DNA of 64,000 bases from Candidatus Velthaea sp. (GTDB taxonomy: Bacteria; Vulcanimicrobiota; Vulcanimicrobiia; Vulcanimicrobiales; Vulcanimicrobiaceae), in assembly GCA_050012475.1 (NCBI GenBank), contig JBEKHC010000001.1, positions 1-64,000 of the forward strand. Reading direction: 5' to 3'. The notes beneath the pieces were generated by a model. It had not been told where the DNA came from. It made no database searches and was given only the letters and a program-made list of their open reading frames with translations. Shown piece by piece: positions 46,972-55,555 of this stretch; positions within the stretch are counted from its first letter, which is position 1; each line of letters starts with the position of its first letter. The position numbers and the translations under genes are program-made.

Positions 46972-47589
46972 GTGTTCATTACCTTCGAGGGGATCGAAGG
47001 CTCCGGCAAAACGTCGCTGATCGCCGGGCTGGCACTCGAACTGCGTTCGATCGGCGCGGACGTCTTCGTCACGCGCGAACCGGGCGGCACCGCGTTCGGC
47101 GACGCCGTGCGCAAGATCTTCGTCGATCCCGGGGCGCGCATCGAGCCGCTCGCCGAGGCGTTTCTCATGAACGCCTCGCGCGCGCAGCTCGTCGCCGAGC
47201 GCATTGCGCCGATGCTCAAAACCGGAGCGATCATTTTGTGCGACCGCTTCTTCGACGCGACCGTCGCTTATCAAGGCTACGGGCGCGGACTCGATATCGA
47301 GATGCTCATCCGGTTGTCGCTGGTGGCGAGTCAGTCGATTGCCCCGGATATGACGTTTCTGATCGACGTCGAGCCGCGGGTATCGCGCGCGCGCGTCGAT
47401 GCGCGGGGCGTGGCCGACCGGCTCGAACGCGAAGACGACGGTTTCCACGAGCGCGTTCGTCAGGGCTACCTCGAACTGGCCCGGCGCTTCGACCGGATCG
47501 TCATCCTCAACGGCAGCGAATCGCCCGAGCACCTCATCGCGCAAGCCCTGCAGATCATCGTTCGGCGCCGGTACACGATCGCACTATGA
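46972..47589 (+). CDS. tmk: Thymidylate kinase
   Basis: FITFEGIEGSGKTS, TREPGG, CDRF, AYQGYGRG. Confidence 0.95.
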   Translation: MFITFEGIEGSGKTSLIAGLALELRSIGADVFVTREPGGTAFGDAVRKIFVDPGARIEPLAEAFLMNASRAQLVAERIAPMLKTGAIILCDRFFDATVAYQGYGRGLDIEMLIRLSLVASQSIAPDMTFLIDVEPRVSRARVDARGVADRLEREDDGFHERVRQGYLELARRFDRIVILNGSESPEHLIAQALQIIVRRRYTIAL

Positions 47590-48587
47590 TCGAAGGCCAA
47601 TTCGACGTCGTCGGCGCCGCCGGACCGCTGACGTTCTTCGGTCATCTGTCCCCGGCCGCGCTCTCGCACGGATACTTGTTTGCCGGTCCCGCCGGAATCG
47701 GCAAGAAAACGTTCGCGCTGCGGCTCGCGCAGTCGCTCTTGTGCGTCACGCCGAAATCGACGCTGCTGGGATACTGCGGCCACTGCACGGGCTGCACGCG
47801 CGTCGTCGCCAAGTCGCATCCTGACTTGTACGTTGCCGAAGGCCAGCTCAAAATCGGCGATCGCGAAAGCGGCAGCGGTTTTCACGAAAGCGACGAAGCG
47901 ACGGCGCGCGACATCGTCCGCCAACTTTCGCTGCACTCGTACGCCGGCGGGAAGCGCGTGTTCATCCTGGGCGACGCCGATTTCACTCGCGAGGCGGCCA
48001 ACGCGCTGCTCAAGTTTTTCGAGGAGCCGCCGCCCGACGTCGTCCTGCTGCTGACGACGGCACAGCCCGGCCGGCTGCTGGCGACGATTCGCTCGCGACT
48101 CATCGAGGTGACCTTCGGACGGTTGACCGCTGCTGAGATCGCGGCTGTGCTGCAGCGCGAAGGCATCGACGCCGACGATGCGCTCAGTGCAGCGGAGATC
48201 GGCAACGGCAGCCTGGCGCGCGCCAAAGCGTATTTGGACGCCGGCGAAGGTGCGACGCGCGACGCTGCGGTCAGCTGGTTCTTTGCGGCGGTCGCCGGCA
48301 ACGAAGCCGATCATTCGCAGTGGGCGACGCGCGCGACGCTCGAAGACGGCCTCGATACGATCAAGACGCTCACGCGTGACTGGCTCGTCCTCGCGCTCGC
48401 GGGCCCCCAAGCGCCGCTCTTGGCCCGCGATCAAACGGCCCACCTCGAGCGTTTGCCCAAGCGCGAGCCGCTGGCGCTCACCCGCACGCTGGCCGCGATC
48501 GGCGACGCGGAACGCATCGCGCGCACGAACGTCACGCCGGCCCTCGTCGCCGGTCTGGTGCGGATGGCGTTGGCGCCGAGCCGCTAA
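47586..48587 (+). CDS. holB: DNA polymerase III subunit delta'
   Basis: HGYLFAGPAGIGK, Cys cluster with HPD, AANALLKFFEEP, TIRSR; follows tmk. Confidence 0.92.
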   Translation: MIEGQFDVVGAAGPLTFFGHLSPAALSHGYLFAGPAGIGKKTFALRLAQSLLCVTPKSTLLGYCGHCTGCTRVVAKSHPDLYVAEGQLKIGDRESGSGFHESDEATARDIVRQLSLHSYAGGKRVFILGDADFTREAANALLKFFEEPPPDVVLLLTTAQPGRLLATIRSRLIEVTFGRLTAAEIAAVLQREGIDADDALSAAEIGNGSLARAKAYLDAGEGATRDAAVSWFFAAVAGNEADHSQWATRATLEDGLDTIKTLTRDWLVLALAGPQAPLLARDQTAHLERLPKREPLALTRTLAAIGDAERIARTNVTPALVAGLVRMALAPSR

Positions 48588-48635
48588 AGCTCCGTAATCT
48601 TACCGACTCGTGGCCCGGCCTCGCGCCGTAGGTTC

Positions 48636-49385
48636 TCAGCGCCGGCCGAAACTGATGTCCGAATAGGTCTTGGTGACGATGAGCGCGATGTAACTGAGCG
48701 CAATGGCCTGGACGAGCGCGCCCAACAGCGCCCGCAGCAAGGATGAAGAGGCGAACGCGAGCGGCGCGAGCAGAATGTCGATGAACGGCGCCAGCAGCAC
48801 GCCCAAGAACAGGTAGAGCGCGACCGAGACGATGGCCACCACGATCGTGGGCAGCGGATTGGCGCGCGCGCGTTCGATCGAGACGTTCAGTGCCGCACCG
48901 CCCGGCACGCCGCCGATGGACGCCGCGGGGATGGTGTAGATCAAGAAGTAGATCGCGATGGCGGCCAGGATGAGCGAGATATTGCCGATGAGCGTTCCGG
49001 CGAACAACGCCAGGTAGAGGACGAACGTGAAGCCCATCGCTGCGGTGAGGATCTCGCCGCCCTTGCGCCGCGCCTCGTTCCATCCCTCGTCGAATGAAGC
49101 GCGGCCGCGGCGCCAGGCCATGTCGGCGATGATGCACGCGGCGCCGAACCCAAACATGTTGAGCAGCACGAGCAGGAAGGACATGAGGCCGTTGGTCAAA
49201 CTGCCTACGCCGCTTGCCACCCCGCCCAAGACGCCGCCCCCGCCGCCGGCGGCGCCGCTGACCTGCGAAACGAGAACGCCGACGATGGCCATGAGCAGCG
49301 GCACCACGATGATCGACGGATTGCGCACGAACAGACCGAGCGCGCGCACGTACATCATCGGGTCGAGGTTGCGCAGCTGCTGCAT
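48636..49385 (-). CDS. Hypothetical multi-pass membrane protein
   Basis: About 6 TM helices. Confidence 0.75.
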   Translation of the reverse strand: MQQLRNLDPMMYVRALGLFVRNPSIIVVPLLMAIVGVLVSQVSGAAGGGGGVLGGVASGVGSLTNGLMSFLLVLLNMFGFGAACIIADMAWRRGRASFDEGWNEARRKGGEILTAAMGFTFVLYLALFAGTLIGNISLILAAIAIYFLIYTIPAASIGGVPGGAALNVSIERARANPLPTIVVAIVSVALYLFLGVLLAPFIDILLAPLAFASSSLLRALLGALVQAIALSYIALIVTKTYSDISFGRR

Positions 49386-49391
49386 GCTAAT

Positions 49392-50195
49392 TCAACCGCG
49401 CGCGCCGGACAGCGCGCTGCCGCACCCGCAGGTACGCTCGGCCGGAATGTTTTCGATGATCTTGAAAATCGCGTTTTTCACCCGCTCGTTGTTGCTGGCG
49501 AAGATCTTCATGACTTCGGCGTGGGAGACGGGTTCGACGCCGTGTTGGCCCTCCAGGCCGACATCGTAGTCGGTGATGAGCGAGATGTTGACGTAACACA
49601 TCTCGAGTTCGCGGGCCAGATAGGACTCGGGATAGTTGGTCATGTTGATGACCTCCCAGCCTAGCGACGAGAACCACTTGGATTCGGCGCGAGTCGAGAA
49701 GCGCGGACCCTGGATCACGACAATCGTCCCTTTATCGTGGGTGGTGATCCCCAAACCGCGGAGCTGTTCGACGGCGATTGGGCGCAGTTGCGCGCAGTAC
49801 GGATCGGCGAAGCTCACGTGCGTGGTGATCGGGCCATCGTAGAAGGTGTCGATGCGGCCGCTGGTGCGGTCGACGATTTGGTCGGCGACGACCATTTCGC
49901 CGGGCTTGACCTCCGCCTTGAGCGACCCGCACGCCGTCGGCCCGATGATCCGCGTGACGCCCAACGATTTCATCGCCCAAGCGTTGGCGCGGTAGTTGAT
50001 CGATTGGGGCGGAAAGCGATGATCTTTGCCGTGCCGCGGAAGAAATGCCACGTTCTTTCCCGCGATGACGCCCAGCGCCACCTTGTCGGACGGCAGCCCA
50101 TACGGCGTTTCGATCCACGCTTCGCGCGGATTTTCGATCAGGCTATAAAAACCTGATCCGCCAAAAACACCGATTTCGGCCTGTTCTCCTGCCAA
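49392..50195 (-). CDS. mtnP: S-methyl-5'-thioadenosine phosphorylase
   Basis: GGSG, FLPRHG, NYRAN, GPRFSTRAES, NMT, TDYD. TTG start after GAGG. Confidence 0.93.
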   Translation of the reverse strand: MAGEQAEIGVFGGSGFYSLIENPREAWIETPYGLPSDKVALGVIAGKNVAFLPRHGKDHRFPPQSINYRANAWAMKSLGVTRIIGPTACGSLKAEVKPGEMVVADQIVDRTSGRIDTFYDGPITTHVSFADPYCAQLRPIAVEQLRGLGITTHDKGTIVVIQGPRFSTRAESKWFSSLGWEVINMTNYPESYLARELEMCYVNISLITDYDVGLEGQHGVEPVSHAEVMKIFASNNERVKNAIFKIIENIPAERTCGCGSALSGARG

Positions 50196-50336
50196 CTTCC
50201 TCAACTCCGATCGACTCACAGCTCGGGCACATCGCTCCGGCACCCCGCGCCTTACGCGCGAAAAAGGCAACGCCCGGCGTTCTCAACCGTTCGTTCTACT
50301 CCCTTGCCTGCGACCGGTTTCAGCCCGCTGGGCGGT

Positions 50337-50810
50337 TTATTCGGTGAAGTCGCTGGGTTTGAGCTCTTCGAGGAACTTCTTGAATTTTTGCGTTTCCTCG
50401 ACTTCGGCTTTTTTGTCGGGGACCGTTTCCTCGAGCGCGATCTTGTCGGTCACGAAAATGGGCGCTTGCATCCGCAGCGCCAGCGCGATCCCGTCGGACG
50501 GCCGCGCGTCGATTTCCGTGGTATCCCCGTTTTGGCGCACGATCAGCTTGGCGAAGAACGTCGAGTCCTTGATGTCGTGGATGATGATCTGCTCGAGCTT
50601 GCCCTGCAGCGATTCCAGGATCGTGCGCATGAGATCGTGCGACAACGGCCGCGGAACGGCGGTTCCTTCGAGCGCTAGGGCAATAGCGGTCGCCTCGAAA
50701 GGGCCGATCAAGATGGGAAGATAGCGCTTGCCTTCGAGGTCTTTGAGGATCACAACCGGGTCGTGCGTCAGCAAATCGATTCCGAGCTTGTCGACCTTCA
50801 TCTGCCGCAT
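50337..50810 (-). CDS. Bifunctional nuclease family (DUF151)
   Basis: LPILIGPFEA, RPLSHDL, IDARPSDGIALA. Confidence 0.93.
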   Translation of the reverse strand: MRQMKVDKLGIDLLTHDPVVILKDLEGKRYLPILIGPFEATAIALALEGTAVPRPLSHDLMRTILESLQGKLEQIIIHDIKDSTFFAKLIVRQNGDTTEIDARPSDGIALALRMQAPIFVTDKIALEETVPDKKAEVEETQKFKKFLEELKPSDFTE

Positions 50811-50957
50811 GTATTCGCTAATCCTACGGCCCCAGGGCGAATCCTGTAGCGCGGCATATCACGCAGCATGCTCTTATCGTGCCGCTATTCATGCTGCTCT
50901 CGCCCGCGCCCGGCGGCGGGCCGCCGGCTCCCCGCGCAATCGGTAGACGCCTGACCG

Positions 50958-52052
50958 ATGGCCCTTTCATGCGGGATCGTGGGACTGCCCAACGTCGGAA
51001 AGTCGACGATCTTCAACGCGCTCACGCGGTCGGCTCAGGCGCTGGCCGCAAACTATCCGTTTGCCACCATCGAACCCAACGTGGGCGAGGTCCCGGTGCC
51101 CGACCCGCGCATCCGGACGCTCGCGGAGATCAGCGGCACGGACAAGCTCGTCTACGCCACGATGCGCTTCGTCGACATCGCCGGCTTAGTGCGCGGCGCG
51201 TCCGGCGGTCAAGGCTTGGGCAACGCGTTCCTGTCGCACATCCGCGAAACCGATGCGGTCGTGATGGTCGTGCGCTGCTTCGAAGACGACAACGTGACGC
51301 ATGTCGAGGGCGGCCCGGACCCGCTGCGCGACATCGACATCATCAACATTGAAATGTCGCTGGCCGATCTGGCGACGCTGCAAAAGCGCCGCGACAAGCT
51401 GGCGCGCGAAGCTCGCTCGAATCCGAAGCTGGCGCCGCGGCTCGAGGCGCTCTTGCGCCTCACCGCCGCCCTCGAGGGGGGCACGCCGGCGCGGAGTTTT
51501 CCGCCTGGCTCGCTCGAGGCCGAGATCGCGCGCGAAGTCTTTCTGCTGACCGCCAAACCGATTCTTTACGTTGCGAACGTCGACGAGGGGCAGATCGGCA
51601 AGCTCGGTCCGCTCGCCCAAGCCGTCTTCGGCGTCGCGCTGGCCGAAAACAGCCGTGCCATCGCCTTTTCGGGCAAGATCGAAGCCGAATTCGCCGGACT
51701 CAGCGATGAGGAGGCCGACGAATTCCGGCGCGACTTCGGCATCCTCGTCGGCGGCCTCGACCAGCTCATCGTCCAAGCGTACGACCTCTTGGGACTCATG
51801 ACGTTTCTGACGACCGGCGAGAAAGAAACGCGGGCCTGGATGATCGAGAAGAACACGAAAGCGCCGGCCGCGGCGGGCAAGATTCACTCGGACATCGAGC
51901 GCGGCTTCATCCGGGCCGAGATCTGCACGTTCGACGATTTCGTCGCCTACAAATCGCGCGACGCGCTCCGCACCGCCGGCCTGCTCCGTTCCGAGGGCAA
52001 GGACTACATCATGCAGGAAGGCGACATCGTCGAGTTCCGCTTCAACGTCTGA
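50958..52052 (+). CDS. ychF: Ribosome-binding ATPase YchF
   Basis: GIVGLPNVGKST, NYPFATIEPN, DIAGLV, IHSDIERGFIRAE. Confidence 0.97.
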   Translation: MALSCGIVGLPNVGKSTIFNALTRSAQALAANYPFATIEPNVGEVPVPDPRIRTLAEISGTDKLVYATMRFVDIAGLVRGASGGQGLGNAFLSHIRETDAVVMVVRCFEDDNVTHVEGGPDPLRDIDIINIEMSLADLATLQKRRDKLAREARSNPKLAPRLEALLRLTAALEGGTPARSFPPGSLEAEIAREVFLLTAKPILYVANVDEGQIGKLGPLAQAVFGVALAENSRAIAFSGKIEAEFAGLSDEEADEFRRDFGILVGGLDQLIVQAYDLLGLMTFLTTGEKETRAWMIEKNTKAPAAAGKIHSDIERGFIRAEICTFDDFVAYKSRDALRTAGLLRSEGKDYIMQEGDIVEFRFNV

Positions 52053-52267
52053 TGGCAGCTAAGCTCAAACGCGGCCGCCCTGAGCGTTCCAAGACTTCGA
52101 TGCTACTGCGTGGTGACGTTTGGAGGGTGCATTTTCGCCAGTGCGTGAGGGGTCGAAAGTCCGAGCGCACGTGTATCGCTTTGTGCGACAATTGTCGAAG
52201 AAAAAGGTAGGACATTTGTGTTTTTGTCCCACCACGAAACAATGGATTGCCCGGAGGCCAGACTTGT

Positions 52268-53530
52268 ATGACGACGGCGGCAGGACGCGAGATCTCGGTA
52301 TTCGGGTCGGCGATCGAGTCATTCGACGAAGCCGCAGCCCTGGTCAACCTGGATCCTGGGATGCGCGCGATCTTGACCCACCCCTCGCGGCAGATCATCT
52401 TCGCGATTCCTTTCCAGCGTGACTCGGGCCTCATCGAGGTCTACACCGGGTACCGCGTCCAGTACAATTTCGCCAAAGGGCCCGCCAAAGGCGGTATCCG
52501 CTACCACCCCGGCGTCACGCTCGACGAAGTGACGGCACTGGCATTCTGGATGACCTGGAAGTGTGCCGCGATCGATCTTCCGTTTGGCGGCGCCAAGGGC
52601 GGCGTGACCTGCGACCCGTCGACCCTGTCGCAAAGCGAGCTCGAGCGGATCACCCGCCGCTATGCCGCCGAACTGGTCGAGGTGGTGGGGCCCGACAAGG
52701 ACGTGCCAGCGCCCGACGTCGGCACCACCCCGCAAACGATGGCGTGGTTCATGGACACGTATTCCATGCACATGCGCTGCAGCGTCCCGGGCGTGGTGAC
52801 CGGCAAGCCGCTGGAGATCGGCGGGTCGCGCGGACGCGTCGAAGCCACCGGCCGCGGCGTGTCGTTGTGCGCGCTGGACCAGATGGAGCGCATGCGGATG
52901 GCGCCGGCCAAGAGCCGCGTCATCGTTCAGGGTTTCGGCAACGTCGGCGGGGTTGCGGCGCGCATGTTCGCCGACGCCGGCTGCAAGGTCGTCGGCATCT
53001 CCGACGTTACCGGCGCTTACTACAATCCACGCGGTATCGACGTTGCCGCGGCGGTCGCTTACGCTCAAGAACATACGTCACTCGACGGCTACCAGGGCGG
53101 CGAGCGCGGCTCAAACGCGGCGCTGCTCGAGCAGGACTGCGACGTGCTCGTCCCCGCTGCGCTCGAGAAAGTGCTGACGGCAGAAAACGCGTTGCGGATC
53201 AAAGCCCGGCTGATCGTCGAAGGTGCCAATGGTCCGACCACGCCCGAAGCCGATCGCATTTTCCGCGCCAGCGGCACGATCGTCATTCCCGATATCATCG
53301 CCAACGCGGGCGGCGTGACGGTCTCGTACTTCGAGTGGGTCCAAGACCGCCAAGGCTATTTCTGGACCGAGGCCGAGGTCAACGCGCGCCTCAAAGATCT
53401 ACTGCTCACGAATTTTCACATCATTCGCGAGCTTGCGTTAGCGCGTCACGTTACGCTGCGAACCGCCGCCTACATGATCGCGATCGAACGCGTCGTGAAA
53501 TCGATGAAAATCCGCGGCGTGTACGCATAG
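52268..53530 (+). CDS. gdhA: Glu/Leu/Phe/Val dehydrogenase (glutamate dehydrogenase)
   Basis: KGGIRYH, MTWKC, GGAKGG, DVPAPD, QGFGNVG, EGANGP, SYFEW; GGAGG RBS. Confidence 0.93.
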   Translation: MTTAAGREISVFGSAIESFDEAAALVNLDPGMRAILTHPSRQIIFAIPFQRDSGLIEVYTGYRVQYNFAKGPAKGGIRYHPGVTLDEVTALAFWMTWKCAAIDLPFGGAKGGVTCDPSTLSQSELERITRRYAAELVEVVGPDKDVPAPDVGTTPQTMAWFMDTYSMHMRCSVPGVVTGKPLEIGGSRGRVEATGRGVSLCALDQMERMRMAPAKSRVIVQGFGNVGGVAARMFADAGCKVVGISDVTGAYYNPRGIDVAAAVAYAQEHTSLDGYQGGERGSNAALLEQDCDVLVPAALEKVLTAENALRIKARLIVEGANGPTTPEADRIFRASGTIVIPDIIANAGGVTVSYFEWVQDRQGYFWTEAEVNARLKDLLLTNFHIIRELALARHVTLRTAAYMIAIERVVKSMKIRGVYA

Positions 53531-53532
53531 CA

Positions 53533-53581
53533 GGACTCGGCTGCGCCGAGTCCGTGGCGTTTGCGGCTGCGCCGCAAGCCG
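53533..53581. repeat. Dispersed palindromic element copy
   Basis: GGACTCGGC-TGC-GCCGAGTCC GTG GCGTT TGCGGC-TGC-GCCGCA AGCCG; near-identical scaffold to the reverse of 17275-17321. Confidence 0.8.
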
Positions 53582-53591
53582 CGTCAACGGG

Positions 53592-53969
53592 CTACAGGCG
53601 GCGGTCGAGCGCCTGAACTTCCGTCGGCTTCGTCGGCGGAACGATTTGCTCGGTGGATGCTTCTTGCGTGGGAGCGTGGGCTGCGTCGGCGGCGGCGAAG
53701 CCGCCGTCGAGGATGCGCACGTCGGGGTAGCCGTTGGCGCGCAGCTTTTCGGCGATCTCATCCAGCTGTTCTCCGCTGCCGCGCTCGTCGTAGAGCACGA
53801 CCGGCCGATCCGTCGCAATCGGCAGCGCGAGGTGGGAGGCGGTCAAGAGGTCGTTCGGGCGATACCGGATTGCACCGCGAATTTCTTGCGAGCCGGAGTG
53901 CGCACCAGCGTTGATGATCGTCGCGCCGTTGGGCCCGAGGGCTTCAAGTTCTTCGATCGAGATGTTCAT
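53592..53969 (-). CDS. Rhodanese-like domain protein (catalytic Cys replaced by Asp)
   Basis: IRGA, VVLYDERG, ILDGGF. Confidence 0.8.
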   Translation of the reverse strand: MNISIEELEALGPNGATIINAGAHSGSQEIRGAIRYRPNDLLTASHLALPIATDRPVVLYDERGSGEQLDEIAEKLRANGYPDVRILDGGFAAADAAHAPTQEASTEQIVPPTKPTEVQALDRRL

Positions 53970-54100
53970 TCGTTATTTTTACCCGCTGCATTCGTGCCCA
54001 ATCCGCGAGAGGGGCGGTTGTTTGAGCCTCCCGAAAGAGAGCTTTCGCCCGTCGGATCGATCCAGCGGAGCCGCTCCGAGTTCGGAGGAACGAGGCACGA

Positions 54101-54781
54101 TTGCCGTCTACGTCAACACGGTTGCCTGTTTCTCGCGCGTCGGCGGCCGGTCTGATTCTCGCGCTGGGCTCGGGGCCCGTCCTCTCGCTTTTGCCCGGTC
54201 AAGCGCATCAACGCATTACCGACGTTCCGCAAGACATCGTCATTGTCGTTTTCGAGTGGGTCGTCGCGCTCGCGCTCGTCGCGATCGTCGTTTGGTGGGA
54301 ACGGCAGCCGCTGAGTTCGATCGGATTCCGTGCTCCGTCGCTGCGAGATTGCGTCGCATTCGTGGTCATCGGTGTCGGGATGTACGCCGTGCTGGCGGTG
54401 AGCTCGATCCGAGCGCATGCTCCCGACGCCGTACCGCCGGCCGAGATTGCCGCCGTTCCTCTCGCACTGCGTATCGTCATGTTCCTGACCGCCGGATTTT
54501 GTGAAGAAGTGATGCTGCGCGCGTATCCGATCGAACGGCTGACGCCGTTAACTGGGCAACGCTGGATCAACGGTGCGATCGTCGTCGTTTTCTTTACGCT
54601 CGTGCATCTTCCGCGTTATGGAATATCTCCATCGCTTCTGGCCGTCGCCATCATCGCTACGTTTCTGACCGCGCTGTACTTGTGGACGCGGAATTTCTGG
54701 ATGTGCGCAACGCTGCATGCATTCGTCGACTGTCTCGGTCTCGTTGTGGGACCCGCCCTCGCCGCGCGCGGACTTCTCTAA
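54101..54781 (+). CDS. CPBP (Abi/CAAX) intramembrane glutamic endopeptidase
   Basis: EEVMLR, FTLVH, HAFVD. Confidence 0.88.
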   Translation: MPSTSTRLPVSRASAAGLILALGSGPVLSLLPGQAHQRITDVPQDIVIVVFEWVVALALVAIVVWWERQPLSSIGFRAPSLRDCVAFVVIGVGMYAVLAVSSIRAHAPDAVPPAEIAAVPLALRIVMFLTAGFCEEVMLRAYPIERLTPLTGQRWINGAIVVVFFTLVHLPRYGISPSLLAVAIIATFLTALYLWTRNFWMCATLHAFVDCLGLVVGPALAARGLL

Positions 54782-54882
54782 GCTGCGCTGAGGAGTGCAG
54801 GCACCCTCGAAGCGGTTACCGGCGCGCACCCGCCCGGCGGTGCGCGTGCAGTTCGCGCGTGCACTCGGTCCGGGACCGGAAC

Positions 54883-55266
54883 CTACAGCGTGACGACCTC
54901 GATGGCTTCGGCCTCCAGTTTCCTGGCGAAGCGACGGTCGGCTGTCATCAGTTTCGCGCGCTCCCGTTTTGCGACGACCGCATACAAACAGTCATAAACC
55001 GAATGATCGAGCAGCTGCGCGAACGTCGCCGCCTCTGCTGCGTAGGCGATGCTTGCGACGAGGCGGATGCGGTCGAAGAAACCCAGCACGTTTTCGAGCG
55101 CGGGCGCGGCGGCTCCCGACCGCACGATCTTCCAACGGGCGTTGAGCAGCTCGGCGACGATGAGGTCCGGGGCCAGGATGTCCGTTGCGCCGGCGAACAA
55201 CGGCGCGGCTCGTTCCGGCGTCGCCAGCATGACGAAAGCGAAGCTGGCGTCGACGACGGCTCTCAC
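54883..55266 (-). CDS. vapC: VapC/FitB-like PIN-domain toxin
   Basis: VVDAS, AELLN, YDCLY, TADRRF; GTGA overlap with the antitoxin. Confidence 0.88.
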   Translation of the reverse strand: MRAVVDASFAFVMLATPERAAPLFAGATDILAPDLIVAELLNARWKIVRSGAAAPALENVLGFFDRIRLVASIAYAAEAATFAQLLDHSVYDCLYAVVAKRERAKLMTADRRFARKLEAEAIEVVTL

Positions 55267-55487
55267 CGCTCGTCGCGGGTCGCTCGGATGGCCTTGAGGC
55301 CGGCTTCGACGTCGATTCCCGGGTCGGCGACCCGCTTGAGCCACTCGAAGAGCGAATCGCCCATCGGCTGAATGCCGATGGCCAACGCTTCGAGTGCTTC
55401 CGCCTGAACCGACCTTCCGCGTTCACGGGCGCGAGCGCGCAGCGCTCCGAGAATCGCGGCGGGGATATTGCGGATGAGTAGGTCCAT
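55263..55487 (-). CDS. FitA-like ribbon-helix-helix antitoxin
   Basis: LLIRNIP....LRARARERGRSVQAE. Confidence 0.85.
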   Translation of the reverse strand: MDLLIRNIPAAILGALRARARERGRSVQAEALEALAIGIQPMGDSLFEWLKRVADPGIDVEAGLKAIRATRDER

Positions 55488-55520
55488 CGACTGATATCAT
55501 TTCATGATATCAGTCGATGG
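55484..55520. promoter_or_regulatory. TA operator, perfect 17-bp inverted repeat overlapping the promoter and start codon
   Basis: CCATCGACTGATATCAT-TTC-ATGATATCAGTCGATGG; minus-strand TTGACC-N17-AATGAT. Confidence 0.85.
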
Positions 55521-55555
55521 TCAACCCCGGAGCGGCAACACTGTCACGCCGGCCT

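Noticed and set aside
52130..52240. Hairpins and palindrome CGACAATTGTCG upstream of gdh
   Set aside because: Could be an operator, but it is a single instance with no recognisable motif or supporting regulator.
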